Below are positions 17,678 through 27,948 of a stretch of 32,000 bases of DNA, in pieces. The stretch spans positions 41,759 to 73,758 of the forward strand of contig JAWCFL010000006.1 of NCBI GenBank assembly GCA_038858525.1, given 5' to 3'. The position numbers and the translations under genes were made by a program. Each line of letters starts with the position of its first letter. The first letter of the stretch is position 1. The notes under the pieces were generated by a model, which made no database searches, had not been told where the DNA came from, and worked only from the letters and a program-made list of their open reading frames with translations. This stretch comes from Candidatus Jordarchaeales archaeon. GTDB lineage: Archaea > Asgardarchaeota > Jordiarchaeia > Jordiarchaeales > Freyrarchaeaceae.

Positions 17678-18886
17678 TTGACCTGGCAAATAAGGCTCAA
17701 AGCCATGACAAGATATGAAGCCGCAAAATTCGTTAAAGCCCTCCCACTAAACATCATATTCCTACTAATCGCCTGCTGGGTCTCCTCCTTCTTAACGCAA
17801 GGCATAACTGTCAGTATTGACAGTAAATTATCTTATCTAATTCAAGCATTCATTATAAGAGAAACGAACCCTCCGTCTCCCATTTATTCTTACTTTCATT
17901 ACTATCTTTCTCAGCTAGATATGGCTTTTGAAGCTTTTAGTTTCCTTCCAGATCCCCTGAGAGGATACCTTGCACTGGTGTTCTTATTTAGGGGCGATAT
18001 TGTTCAGGCCTCGTTCGGTATTCAATTTGTTTTTCCTATGTTTCTAGTATCTATGGTGCCCTTCGCTATGCTTCGCACAAGCAGAATTAAGGGAGACGAG
18101 GTTTACCTGTTCGTGAGACTTGACAGAAGCAAGCTTCTAGTCTTTCGAAGCATAATGAACGCGCTTCTATACTCTCTCCTAGTAACCTTTCTAGTACACA
18201 TCTCAAAAATATACGTCATAAACAATAATGTTTCACTATATCTCTTTAGTCCAGTAATTGAGTGGATGACACCCTCACATTCCATCATACTCCCAGTATT
18301 TATCTTCCTGCTCTTCATCCAAGCCATCATGGCGCTAATCAACATTTACTCTTCCCGTGCAACATTTATCGTTCCATTGTTTTTGCTTATTACTTTCATG
18401 TTCCAACAGCTACTGCTGTCCTCTTTAATTTCACAGGTATCACCTGAAGTTACGGGTAGAACTATTCTTTCTTTACTTCCAAGTTCAAGCCTTCAATTTC
18501 CACCTCAATATCAGTCTCAACAACAGCTTCTACTAATGTTAATCCAGCTCCTCATGGCAAGAGAAGCTATTTCCAACTTTTGTTTACTTCCTCTCGGCCA
18601 ACTTTCAGTGTTAATTCATGCTGCTAGTAGCTTGATGAGTGGAGTTTGGTGTCTCGCGCTTTTCGACCCAGCCCAGCTTCTCAAGGAAGCCATGATAGTC
18701 CTTCCGGACAGCGTGCTCATAGGGCAAGACGTCGGCCTCCTGCCCCAGGCACTGCAGGTTCTGGTGGTGATCGAATCTATCTCCAAGCCACTATACGATT
18801 TGTCGGCAACACTTGCCTACTTACTCTACCCAACAGCGGCTCTTCTCTCCTTCGCAGCAATAATATTCGGAAGAAAAACAGTATGA
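17678..18886 (+). CDS. Multi-pass membrane protein, probable ABC-2-type permease
   Basis: Starts 2 nt after the ABC ATPase and has several long hydrophobic segments. Confidence 0.7.
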   Translation: MTWQIRLKAMTRYEAAKFVKALPLNIIFLLIACWVSSFLTQGITVSIDSKLSYLIQAFIIRETNPPSPIYSYFHYYLSQLDMAFEAFSFLPDPLRGYLALVFLFRGDIVQASFGIQFVFPMFLVSMVPFAMLRTSRIKGDEVYLFVRLDRSKLLVFRSIMNALLYSLLVTFLVHISKIYVINNNVSLYLFSPVIEWMTPSHSIILPVFIFLLFIQAIMALINIYSSRATFIVPLFLLITFMFQQLLLSSLISQVSPEVTGRTILSLLPSSSLQFPPQYQSQQQLLLMLIQLLMAREAISNFCLLPLGQLSVLIHAASSLMSGVWCLALFDPAQLLKEAMIVLPDSVLIGQDVGLLPQALQVLVVIESISKPLYDLSATLAYLLYPTAALLSFAAIIFGRKTV

Positions 18887-19024
18887 AGCAAGTTGAAGTG
18901 AGCTAGAGCCCCTGGAAGCGAGTTCGTTTATCGGGTGTTGCAACACCGTAGGAGCAGGGTGGCATATGCCTTAAGTGTATGTGCCTCGTCTTCCAAAGTC
19001 GCCTGATAGCTGTGAGTTTAAACT

Positions 19025-19984
19025 TTGAATTCTCGGAATGCTTTAAATAAACAGTGCCCCCTCATGTTCAGACCGGTGAGCGGCTTGTTTTCCGTTTTCG
19101 TCTTCGGTCTTATCCCTGAGTCCTCCGGGAAGACGACGGTGTGTATGGCTGTCGCTAGAGGTTTGCGTCTCCGAGGGTGGAATGTGGGAGCTTTTAAGCC
19201 TAGGTCCGGGCACAGTTACTGGTATCACCATGACATATACGTTAAGTGCCGTGGGGAGGGGCGCCTTTACTCGTGGGACATACTGCGTCTTTCCCATGCA
19301 TGCGAATACGTCCTTTTTCCGCTTGAAGTCCTCAACCCAGTTGACGCGCTCTTTAGCCCACCTGACAGGCTTACCCTTGACCCACACCTCGTTGAGGTTC
19401 ACTTCGCCAACCCGTTTTTCGAGCTCGTCGCTGAGCGCTACACCCTGCTGAATGACACACCCCAAGTTACCATTTGCCTAAATGGCGTAAACCTCGAAAC
19501 GGATAACCTCCTCTTCAAGGACTGGAGCTACATTGAAGAGCTCAAGAGGAAAGCCGGCAGAGTAATCGTGGTCGAAAGCCTCGAGGAGTGGAACGAAGTT
19601 TACTCCCGCTACGCGCCTCTAGCCATAAGAAGCTGTTACGGTGCGGTCTGCCGGAGAAGCGATGTGGTCGTGGTGGAAGGCTTCAACGACGCGGTGTGCC
19701 CCGACCCGGAGTTGAGCTTCGACTTGGCTCTCGGAGTCTCACCAGGAGCAGTCTTCATGTATGACGGAGAGCGTCTCAGGACGGCGGTTGAAGCGGCCGC
19801 CACATCCTCAAGGGATCCGAGGAATCTTGAGGCGAGAAGCGTAATAGACCTCCTGAAGCCTGAAGCCGCCATTAAGACCCCGGTCCTCACTTCGCGAGAC
19901 GTAGCCGACAGCGACAAGTTAGCCTTAAAACTAGGTGAGTTGGTCGACAAGGTAGAGGAAAAAATGAAGCAGATCGCTATATGA
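19025..19984 (+). CDS. Predicted P-loop ATPase/GTPase (COG4028-like, dethiobiotin synthetase/CobQ-type fold)
   Basis: VFGLIPESSGKTTV, FKPRSGHSYWY and VVVEGFND. The real start is probably a few codons downstream. Confidence 0.65.
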   Translation: MNSRNALNKQCPLMFRPVSGLFSVFVFGLIPESSGKTTVCMAVARGLRLRGWNVGAFKPRSGHSYWYHHDIYVKCRGEGRLYSWDILRLSHACEYVLFPLEVLNPVDALFSPPDRLTLDPHLVEVHFANPFFELVAERYTLLNDTPQVTICLNGVNLETDNLLFKDWSYIEELKRKAGRVIVVESLEEWNEVYSRYAPLAIRSCYGAVCRRSDVVVVEGFNDAVCPDPELSFDLALGVSPGAVFMYDGERLRTAVEAAATSSRDPRNLEARSVIDLLKPEAAIKTPVLTSRDVADSDKLALKLGELVDKVEEKMKQIAI

Positions 19985-19985
19985 G

Positions 19986-20186
19986 CTAAAATCCTAGCTC
20001 CACGGCGTCATACTTACACTGCACCTTGCACGCGTAACACTCCATGCAGGCGTCCTCATTAACCACCACAACCTTCCTGTTCTTCTTATCAATGGAGAAG
20101 CAGCCCGCAGGGCAAACACTTAAACAAACACCACACCTAATAGCACCCACACACCGCCCAGCATTAATCCTGACTTTACCAACCAA
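19986..20186 (-). CDS. 2[4Fe-4S] ferredoxin
   Basis: CVGAIRCGVCLSVCP and CMECYACKVQC; TTG start after GGAGG. Confidence 0.88.
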   Translation of the reverse strand: MVGKVRINAGRCVGAIRCGVCLSVCPAGCFSIDKKNRKVVVVNEDACMECYACKVQCKYDAVELGF

Positions 20187-20374
20187 GGTAACGCCTCCAA
20201 TGAACACCCACAAACCAACACTTAAAACCTATCCTTATACCATCACTCCGGCTATAAGAAACCTCCTCGAAAAAGCCACCCACTTACTATCCCGCGAAGG
20301 ATCCTCTCTGGTTTAAGAGACAAATTTTTAAGTTTTTTCGGTTGACTGAGTGATGAGCCGTTCGAAGAAGAGAG

Positions 20375-21124
20375 GTGTGTATGAATATGAAGAAGGAGTG
20401 GAAGTATGGGAAGCCGAGCAAAAACGCCCCAGTCACTGTGCAGGACACCATAAGGCTGAGGCGGTCGATCAGGCGATACACGGGCGAGAGAATACCAGAC
20501 GAAGACCTAGAAAAAATACTTGACGCCGCACGATACACTCCGTCGCCGGAAAACATGCAAATGTACCGCTTCGTCATAGTTAGAGATGACCAGGAAACTA
20601 AGAACTTGATCGCTGATTTGGCTGTTGAGGCCGCGAAGGAGACTTTCGGAACCTTCCCGGCTGAGCTTACCCAGGGAAGGATATGGTACGTTCCACCCGA
20701 CAGGAGGCCTTGGACGTTCACCGAGATGAGGGACGGCAGCCTCTTCGAGTACCCGAGGTACGCCGACGTAGTCATCGTCGCCTGCGCCTCCGAGTCCTTC
20801 CACGACTCACCCGTGCTTTACCCGCTCAGCCTATTCGGCTCCATATGCGTCGGCATGGCGATAATGAAGATGTGGCTTATGGCGACAGCTCTGGGATACG
20901 GGGCGGGTTACCAAGCGTTCCCCATAATGGATCCGAGAAGAAGAGAGCTTCTAGCTGACAGGCTTGGAATTCCAAGGTCTTGGGACGTGATAGCCACGCT
21001 CAGCATAGGAGTCAGAGGTGAGGAGCGCATGATAGGGCCATCCCGCCTGACGCTTGAAGGCCTCTTCTATAAGGAGAGGTGGGGTAACCCATACATAAGA
21101 AAAGCTTTCTTGGAGGAGGAGTAA
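20375..21124 (+). CDS. Nitroreductase-family flavoprotein
   Basis: IRLRRSIRRY, ARYTPSPENMQMYRF and MWLMATALGYGA, with an inserted central segment. Confidence 0.85.
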   Translation: MCMNMKKEWKYGKPSKNAPVTVQDTIRLRRSIRRYTGERIPDEDLEKILDAARYTPSPENMQMYRFVIVRDDQETKNLIADLAVEAAKETFGTFPAELTQGRIWYVPPDRRPWTFTEMRDGSLFEYPRYADVVIVACASESFHDSPVLYPLSLFGSICVGMAIMKMWLMATALGYGAGYQAFPIMDPRRRELLADRLGIPRSWDVIATLSIGVRGEERMIGPSRLTLEGLFYKERWGNPYIRKAFLEEE

Positions 21125-21373
21125 ATGGTTGAGGTCAAAGTGGACCTGGACAAGGATGTCGTGGAGAAGCTGAAGAAGCAGGCTGAGTGGTGCGACCTGC
21201 CACTCGAAGCGGTCTGCAAGCTTATCCTCTCGGAGTACACGAGGAACAGGGGCGGATACCTCTTCTACGGCTCGGCTCCCGGAAACAGAAAGATAATCCT
21301 CATCCAGTGGCCATACATAACCGGACAAGTCATACTGACCCAGGAAGAGCTGAAGGCTTTAGGAGGAAAATAA
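21125..21373 (+). CDS. Small hypothetical protein with an N-terminal ribbon-helix-helix-like pattern
   Basis: Abuts the nitroreductase stop; VKVDLDKDVVEKLKKQAEWCDLPLEAVCKLIL follows the RHH strand-helix-helix pattern. Confidence 0.6.
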   Translation: MVEVKVDLDKDVVEKLKKQAEWCDLPLEAVCKLILSEYTRNRGGYLFYGSAPGNRKIILIQWPYITGQVILTQEELKALGGK

Positions 21374-21380
21374 GTGGGAG

Positions 21381-21680
21381 GTGTTATGTTTGACTAGGAA
21401 GTATAAGGGTTACGCTCCAGGATCCGAGTTCATAAGGTACCCTGTGCTGGAGCTAGAGGATGTGGAGTATGAGTACTTCAGAGAGGAGTCAAAGTTTCTC
21501 GGCATATCACTAGTGGAGAACAAGAAGGGCAGGATCGTGGTGAGGTGGGAGTACCCCTTCTACAAGAGGTTCCTTGAGGCCGTCGAGAAAGTTTACGGGG
21601 ACATATCAGCGAGCCACGTTGAGGACGCCGTTAGAAAGGCAGCCGAAGAATGGGTTAAAAAGGTGGAGGAAGGAAAATGA
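21381..21680 (+). CDS. Small hypothetical protein (possible C-terminal RHH-like helices)
   Basis: GGAGG upstream, operon-like spacing and a 4-nt overlap with the next gene. Confidence 0.6.
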   Translation: MLCLTRKYKGYAPGSEFIRYPVLELEDVEYEYFREESKFLGISLVENKKGRIVVRWEYPFYKRFLEAVEKVYGDISASHVEDAVRKAAEEWVKKVEEGK

Positions 21681-22039
21681 GCGACCTCAAAGCCTTCCTA
21701 GAGGACCTCACACGGAAGATCAACGAGAAAGCCATGAACCTTGTGAGGGAATGGATAGGCAGCAGGTACTATGGGAAAATAGTTGAGTTTGAAGTCGGCG
21801 ACCTCAAGGGAATGCAGAAAGCATACCACATCGTCTTCACGAAGAAGGGTGCGAGGTTCAAGGAGGGCGAGTACCCAAGCCCAGACCTAATATACCGATC
21901 AGACGAGGAAACGCTGAGGGGCGTCCTCACAGGCGCCATACCGGAGAAAGATGTCCGAAAAACGTGGAAGCTCATCATAATGGGAGACGCGCACGAAATG
22001 GACCCATTCTCCCAAGTAGTTGCTGCAGCGCTAAAGTAG
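21677..22039 (+). CDS. SCP2 (sterol carrier protein 2)-like small protein
   Basis: YHIVFTKKGARFKEGEYPSPDLIYRSDEETLRGVLTG resembles the SCP2 fold pattern; assignment made by eye. Confidence 0.5.
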   Translation: MSDLKAFLEDLTRKINEKAMNLVREWIGSRYYGKIVEFEVGDLKGMQKAYHIVFTKKGARFKEGEYPSPDLIYRSDEETLRGVLTGAIPEKDVRKTWKLIIMGDAHEMDPFSQVVAAALK

Positions 22040-22222
22040 AAAGCTAGCCTCACGCCACCCTCGCTCACCACCCTCCATACCTCCAATTATTTTACGTGTT
22101 TCTTTGCCTCCTAACTATGCTCATAAAGCGTTCCTGTTTCTAATAGGCCTTCGCTGGCGTTTCCCCGTGATTTACTAGTGGTCTCGCTTCCTATTTTAAT
22201 GAACATTTCTGTGCAGAAAAGA

Positions 22223-22230
22223 TTTAAATA
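22223..22230 (+). promoter_or_regulatory. BRE/TATA promoter of the trp operon
   Basis: CAGAAAAG followed by TTTAAATA, about 107 nt before trpE, implying a leader of roughly 85 nt. Confidence 0.6.
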
Positions 22231-22337
22231 GTTCATTAATGACTTATTTTTTCAGCTGGTAGATGTGACGGAGGCGCCAAAAGTGAGGTGTCGCGTTTGG
22301 CTCCCAGAGCAGCTCTGAACGCTTAGCAGCTTACTCT

Positions 22338-23705
22338 GTGAGAGGAAAGCTTGCCTACAAGCGCCTCCAAGTATCTAAGCCCCCAATGCTGGTTTTCCTA
22401 TCCTTGCAGGAAAACTGCGAGCACGCTTACCTACTCGAGTCGGTCGAGGGGCCGAGGAGAATTGCGCGTTTCTCCTTCATAGGGTTCAACCCGAGTCAGC
22501 TTCTCACGGTGAAGAATGGCGAAGCGCTTTTCCAAGACTTCAACCGTGAGGAGGAGCTCAGGTTCAGGGTTAAGGATCCTCTTGAATTATTAAGGATGGT
22601 GGTTGGGAGAGAAGGTGAGGGGTCAGAGTTCAGGTTTTCCGGGGGAGCTGTGGGGTACGTGTCCTACGACGCTGTAAGGTACTGGGAGAATTTGCCGTGC
22701 CTGGCTGAGGACGTGCTCGTCTTTCCTGATTTGCAGATGGGGATCTATGAGGACGTGCTCGTCTTCGACCACGAGAGAGGCGATGCTGTTTACGTTTACA
22801 GGGAGAAGGACAGGTCGAACGAGCTGCTTGAGCTGATAAGTCGCTGTGAGAGCGACGTGGAGGAGGGATTACAATTCACTTCTCCAAGAGCTAACCTTAG
22901 CAGGGAGGAGTACGAGGAGAGAGTTCTGCGGGCGAAGGAGTACATAGAGTCGGGCGACATATTCCAGGTTGTCCTTTCCAGGAGGTATGACTTCAGCGTT
23001 GAGGGCAACCTTTCGCGTTTCTACCTTGAGCTCAGAAAGATAAACCCGTCTCCATACATGTACTTTCTCAAGATGGGTTCTCGGAGAATCATAGGGTCAA
23101 GCCCTGAAATGCTGGTGAGGGTTGAAGGCGGGCTAATTGAGACTTTCCCCATCGCTGGCACTAGGCCGCGGGGGGCGACTGAGACTGAGGACGAGGAGCT
23201 TGCAATGGGGCTTCTCGCTGACCCGAAGGAGAGAGCGGAGCACGTGATGCTCGTCGACTTGGCGAGGAACGACGTTGGACGCGTTGCGAGGTTTGGCAGT
23301 GTCCATGTGCCTGAGTTCATGACCGTGCACAAGTACAGCCACGTTCAGCACATCGTTTCGAGGGTGGTGGGAGAGTTGAGGAGTGGTTGCGACTGCTACG
23401 ACGTGTTGAGGGCGGTTTTCCCGGCTGGCACGGTTTCAGGGGCTCCGAAGGTTAGGGCAATGGAGATAATAGAGGAGTGCGAGCCGTCAAGGAGGGGGCC
23501 ATATGCTGGGGGGGTGGGGTACTTCTCGTTTAACGGAAACGCTGACTTCGCGATAACCATAAGGACCCTAGTGGCTGAAGGCGAACATTGCTCCATACAA
23601 GTTGGAGCAGGAATAGTTGCGGACTCCGTCCCTGAGAGGGAGTGGCTGGAAACTGAGCATAAGGCTAAGGCTCTGCTGAAAGCATTGGAGCTCGCGGAGG
23701 TGTGA
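22338..23705 (+). CDS. trpE: Anthranilate synthase component I
   Basis: [52 protein letters not shown]. Confidence 0.95.
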   Translation: MRGKLAYKRLQVSKPPMLVFLSLQENCEHAYLLESVEGPRRIARFSFIGFNPSQLLTVKNGEALFQDFNREEELRFRVKDPLELLRMVVGREGEGSEFRFSGGAVGYVSYDAVRYWENLPCLAEDVLVFPDLQMGIYEDVLVFDHERGDAVYVYREKDRSNELLELISRCESDVEEGLQFTSPRANLSREEYEERVLRAKEYIESGDIFQVVLSRRYDFSVEGNLSRFYLELRKINPSPYMYFLKMGSRRIIGSSPEMLVRVEGGLIETFPIAGTRPRGATETEDEELAMGLLADPKERAEHVMLVDLARNDVGRVARFGSVHVPEFMTVHKYSHVQHIVSRVVGELRSGCDCYDVLRAVFPAGTVSGAPKVRAMEIIEECEPSRRGPYAGGVGYFSFNGNADFAITIRTLVAEGEHCSIQVGAGIVADSVPEREWLETEHKAKALLKALELAEV

Positions 23706-24292
23706 CGATGCTGAGGGTTTTGGTTGTTGACAACTATGATTCCTTCGTCTATAACCTGGCTCAGTATGTAGGTGAGCTTGGAGGCAGGCCGTTCGTGTTC
23801 AGAAATGACCAGTTGACCTTGAAGCGCGTTTTCAAGCTTCGCCCGGACAGGATAATCATCTCTCCCGGTCCCGGGACACCTGAGGATCCAAGGTACTTCG
23901 GGGTCTGCTCGGAGATCATACGGAAACTCGGAGCTTATACTCCGATACTCGGAGTTTGCCTCGGTCATCAGGGAATAATACATGTCTTCGGTGGGAGGAT
24001 AGTTCGCGCAAAGAGGCTCATGCATGGGAAGACCAGCATGATAAGGCACGACGGAAAAGGCGTCTTTAGGGGGGTTGAAAACCCCTTCGAAGCCACAAGG
24101 TACCACTCGCTGGCAGGGGACAGGCTAAGCATACCTAGCTGCCTAAAGGTTACTGCTGAGTCGCTTGACGATGGCGAGGTGATGGGTGTGCGCCACGTCG
24201 ATTACCCTGTTGAGGGAGTGCAGTTCCACCCTGAATCCATACTGACGTCATGCGGGAAGATTATCATAAAGAATTTCCTTGAAGGGGGTTAG
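23702..24292 (+). CDS. trpG: Anthranilate synthase component II (glutamine amidotransferase)
   Basis: DNYDSF, SPGPG, LGVCLG, RYHSL, QFHPES. Confidence 0.95.
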   Translation: MTMLRVLVVDNYDSFVYNLAQYVGELGGRPFVFRNDQLTLKRVFKLRPDRIIISPGPGTPEDPRYFGVCSEIIRKLGAYTPILGVCLGHQGIIHVFGGRIVRAKRLMHGKTSMIRHDGKGVFRGVENPFEATRYHSLAGDRLSIPSCLKVTAESLDDGEVMGVRHVDYPVEGVQFHPESILTSCGKIIIKNFLEGG

Positions 24293-24295
24293 AGC

Positions 24296-25354
24296 GTGAA
24301 GGAGTACATTCAGAAGCTTGTTGAGAGGGTGAGCCTCACGAGTGAGGAGGCTCGTGATGCCATGAAAAAAATAATGTCGGGCGAGGCAACGGGGGCACAG
24401 ATAGGAGCTTTTCTGACGGCTCTCAGAATGAAGGGGGAGACCGTGGATGAGATTGCGGCTTTTGCCTCGGTGATGCGCGAGTTCTGTCGCAGAATCAAGC
24501 CCAGGGTGAACGGGCGCTTGGTCGACACGTGCGGAACGGGAGGAGACAGGGTTAAGACTTTCAACGTGAGCACAGCGTCGGCGTTCGTCGTCGCAGGCGC
24601 AGGGATACATGTCGCTAAGCATGGGAACCGCTCGGTGACTAGCAGGAGCGGGAGCGCTGACGTGCTCGAGAAGCTGGGCTTCAACCTAAACGCTGAGCCG
24701 GAGAGAGTGGAGAGGATGATTGAAAGTGTTGGAGTTGGCTTCATGTTCGCCCCCAACTTTCACCCCGCCATGAAGCACGTCGCAGGACCCAGGAGAGAGA
24801 TGGGCATACGAACTGTGTTCAACGTGCTCGGACCACTGACGAACCCGGCTGGAGCAAACTCCCACGTGCTCGGAGTATATGGTGAAGAGTGGGTTATGCC
24901 CGTGGCTGAGGCGTTAAGGGCGCTTGGCTGCGTCGAGGCGATGGTTGTCCATGGAGTGGATGGGGTTGACGAGATATCAGTTACAGGCGAGACCATAGTT
25001 GCTTGGCTAAGGGATGGTGAAATTTCCACGCTTAAGTTGACGCCGAGAGACTTCAACTTTGAGGCGGCGAGGCCGGAGGAGGTGGCTGGCGTCGAGCCGG
25101 AGGAAAGCGCTGAGCTAACCTTCAAGATACTCAACGACCTCCTGCCGAGAAGAGACCCTAGAAGGAGGATGGTGCTCCTAAACGCCGCAGCCGGAATAGT
25201 TGTAGGGGGAAAAGCCGAAGACCTCGCTCATGGAGTTGAGTTGGCGGAGGAGTCGCTTAGGAGCGGTGCAGCCTACGGGAAGCTCAGAGATATGATCTCG
25301 TTCTCTAATGGGGACATGTCAAAGCTGGAGGAGTTGGAGCAAAGGTATGCGTGA
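24296..25354 (+). CDS. trpD: Anthranilate phosphoribosyltransferase
   Basis: DTCGTGGD, KHGNRSVTSRSGSAD, RTVFNVLGPLTNP, GVDE. Confidence 0.96.
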   Translation: MKEYIQKLVERVSLTSEEARDAMKKIMSGEATGAQIGAFLTALRMKGETVDEIAAFASVMREFCRRIKPRVNGRLVDTCGTGGDRVKTFNVSTASAFVVAGAGIHVAKHGNRSVTSRSGSADVLEKLGFNLNAEPERVERMIESVGVGFMFAPNFHPAMKHVAGPRREMGIRTVFNVLGPLTNPAGANSHVLGVYGEEWVMPVAEALRALGCVEAMVVHGVDGVDEISVTGETIVAWLRDGEISTLKLTPRDFNFEAARPEEVAGVEPEESAELTFKILNDLLPRRDPRRRMVLLNAAAGIVVGGKAEDLAHGVELAEESLRSGAAYGKLRDMISFSNGDMSKLEELEQRYA

Positions 25355-26123
25355 CTTCCTAGATGTTCTTGCCGAGGACGCTGGGAAAACCCTGAGGGAA
25401 GGCTTCTATGACGATGTTGAGGCGGCTCCAGCGGTGAAGCTCAGCCTCGTAGACTTCATCCTTTCCTGTAGGAGAGCAGCCATAATATCCGAAGTAAAGC
25501 CGGCATCCCCATCATCGGGAGCCCTATGTAGGGGACGTAGCCCGGCGGCTTTGGCTAGGGAGATGGAGGAGGGAGGCGCCGCTGGGATATCCGTGCTGAC
25601 TGAGCCAAAGCACTTTCAAGGCTCAATGAGAGCTCTCGCGGAGGTTAGGAGGGCAGTGAAAGTCCCCATCCTCATGAAGGACATAGTTTTGAGTCCGGTG
25701 CAGATTGACGCCGCCGTTAAAGCTGGCGCGAACGCCATACTGTTAATCTGCGCAGTGTTCGAGAGAGGATACGCTGAGGAGAAGCTGGAGGACATGATAG
25801 GCTACGCTCACAGTAGGGGAGTTGAGGTGTTGCTTGAAGTGCACAGCAGGGACGAGTTTAGGGCCTCACTCGACTACGATGCTGACATGATCGGAGTGAA
25901 CAATAGGGATTTGAGGACGCTGAAGGTGAGCTTAAACGTGACGAGGGATGTTCTTTCGGGTTACCGTGGAAGCCGAGTTGTTGTGAGCGAGAGCGGTATA
26001 AATGGGCCTGAAGATGTAAGGTTTCTTCACGCCTGCGGCGCCAGGGCCTTTCTAGTAGGAACATCGGTAATGAGGGCTGCAAGCGTTAGGGATAAGGTTA
26101 GGGAGCTGGTGGAGGCGCTATGA
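25347..26123 (+). CDS. trpC: Indole-3-glycerol phosphate synthase
   Basis: EVKPASPS, ISVLTEP, LMKD, LLEVH, GVNNRDL, SESGI. Confidence 0.95.
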   Translation: MRDFLDVLAEDAGKTLREGFYDDVEAAPAVKLSLVDFILSCRRAAIISEVKPASPSSGALCRGRSPAALAREMEEGGAAGISVLTEPKHFQGSMRALAEVRRAVKVPILMKDIVLSPVQIDAAVKAGANAILLICAVFERGYAEEKLEDMIGYAHSRGVEVLLEVHSRDEFRASLDYDADMIGVNNRDLRTLKVSLNVTRDVLSGYRGSRVVVSESGINGPEDVRFLHACGARAFLVGTSVMRAASVRDKVRELVEAL

Positions 26124-26755
26124 GGACGAGAATCAAAATTTGCGGGGTGAAGACCATCAACGACCTGCAGTTGGTTGTTGAGGCCGGGGCTGACGCGGTA
26201 GGCTTCGTGGTTGACGTCCCCTCATCCCCCAGGAGCATGACGCCGGAGGAGGCGAGGAGGCTGGTTAAGGCTACACCAGTCTTCGTGGAAACCGTCGCGG
26301 TCACGCTGCCAAGAGACCTAGACCACCTTAAGTCGGTCATCGATGTCGTTGAGGCCGACGCCGTTCAAGTTCACGGTTTACGAGTTAATGGCGAGGTGAG
26401 GGACACGCTGTCCGGCGTGAAGCTGATAGCGGCGATCCCGGCCTCCCCATCGGCTTTCGAGCTCGCCCTAGAAGCGTCACACCACTCTGACGCTATACTA
26501 TTGGATACACCTGGTGAAAGAGGCGGAACCGGAAGAACTCATGACTGGTCGGTTAGCAGGAGGGTTAGAGACCTTATTCATCCTAAACCCATGATCCTCG
26601 CGGGCGGCCTCAACGCTGGGAACGTTAAGAAAGCGATAAGGGAAGTTAAGCCCTTCGCGGTAGACGTGTCGAGCGGAGTCGAAGCCGCGCCGGGCGTTAA
26701 GGATAGGGTGAAGGTCTTAGAGTTTGTTAGAAGCGTTATGGAGGCTGAAGCGTGA
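26120..26755 (+). CDS. trpF: Phosphoribosylanthranilate isomerase
   Basis: KICG, VQVHG, LLD, GGTG, LAGGL, DVSSGVE. Confidence 0.95.
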   Translation: MRTRIKICGVKTINDLQLVVEAGADAVGFVVDVPSSPRSMTPEEARRLVKATPVFVETVAVTLPRDLDHLKSVIDVVEADAVQVHGLRVNGEVRDTLSGVKLIAAIPASPSAFELALEASHHSDAILLDTPGERGGTGRTHDWSVSRRVRDLIHPKPMILAGGLNAGNVKKAIREVKPFAVDVSSGVEAAPGVKDRVKVLEFVRSVMEAEA

Positions 26756-27948
26756 AGCTAAGCGAGTACCCAATACGTGGAAAGTACGGGAAGTATGGGG
26801 GGCAGTTTGTCCCTGAAACCCTCATGTCGGCTCTAGAGGAGCTAGAGAAGGCCTTCATGGAGTGCAGGAGTGACCCGTCCTTCCAGAGGGAGCTAAACTA
26901 CTACCTGTCGGAGTACGCTGGGCGACCCACTCCTCTCTACTACGCCGAGAACCTCACCAAGGCTGTGGGCGGAGCCAAAATATACCTGAAAAGAGAAGAC
27001 CTAGCTCACGGTGGAGCCCACAAAATAAACAACACTCTGGGGCAGGCTTTGCTCGCTAGGAGAATGGGTAAGCGCAGGGTGATCGCTGAGACGGGAGCGG
27101 GGCAGCATGGAGTTGCGACGGCGATGGCGTGCGCCGCCCTAGGGTTGAAGGCTGAAATATACATGGGCGCGGAGGACATTGAAAGGCAGAGGCTTAACGT
27201 CTTCAGGATGCGCCTCTTAGGAGCTGAAGTTCACAGGGTTGATTCGGGGTCAAGGACGCTGAAGGACGCGATAAACGAAGCGATGAGGGATTGGGTCACC
27301 AACCTCAGGGACACATACTACCTTCTAGGCTCAGCTGTTGGGCCGCACCCCTACCCCTTAATGGTTAGAGAGTTTCAAAGCGTTATAGGGCGTGAGCTGA
27401 GGGAGCAGATACTGGCGAAGGAGGGAAGGCTGCCGGATGCCATCGTGGCGTGCGTAGGAGGAGGGAGCAACGCCATAGGAACATTCCACCCCTTCGTAGA
27501 CGACGATGACGTTAAGCTTTATGGGGTTGAAGCTGCGGGTCGGGGCCTGGAGTCAGGGATGCACGCAGCCTCGATCTGTGGAGGAGAAGAGGGCGTCTTT
27601 CACGGAATGCTCACATACATTCTGCAGGACGAGGACGGGCAGATAAAAACCACGCACAGCATATCCGCGGGACTAGACTATCCCGGCGTCGGGCCGGAGC
27701 ACGCCTTCCTCAAATCGATAGGGAGAGCGAACTACGTCGCCGTCACGGATGACGAGGCGGTTAACGCATTCCTTGAGCTCTCAAGGAGGGAGGGGATCAT
27801 TCCGGCGCTTGAACCGGCGCACGCGTTGGCCTTCGCCATGAAGCTCGCGGGAGAGATGGATCGGAGCGATGTAGTGGTGGTCACTCTTTCGGGCAGAGGA
27901 GACAAGGACGTGGAAGTGGTAGCCAGGCACTTGGGGGTGGCAATATGA
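26752..27948 (+). CDS. trpB: Tryptophan synthase beta chain (TrpB1 type)
   Basis: [21 protein letters not shown] (PLP lysine), [37 protein letters not shown]; about 400 aa. Confidence 0.97.
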   Translation: MKLSEYPIRGKYGKYGGQFVPETLMSALEELEKAFMECRSDPSFQRELNYYLSEYAGRPTPLYYAENLTKAVGGAKIYLKREDLAHGGAHKINNTLGQALLARRMGKRRVIAETGAGQHGVATAMACAALGLKAEIYMGAEDIERQRLNVFRMRLLGAEVHRVDSGSRTLKDAINEAMRDWVTNLRDTYYLLGSAVGPHPYPLMVREFQSVIGRELREQILAKEGRLPDAIVACVGGGSNAIGTFHPFVDDDDVKLYGVEAAGRGLESGMHAASICGGEEGVFHGMLTYILQDEDGQIKTTHSISAGLDYPGVGPEHAFLKSIGRANYVAVTDDEAVNAFLELSRREGIIPALEPAHALAFAMKLAGEMDRSDVVVVTLSGRGDKDVEVVARHLGVAI

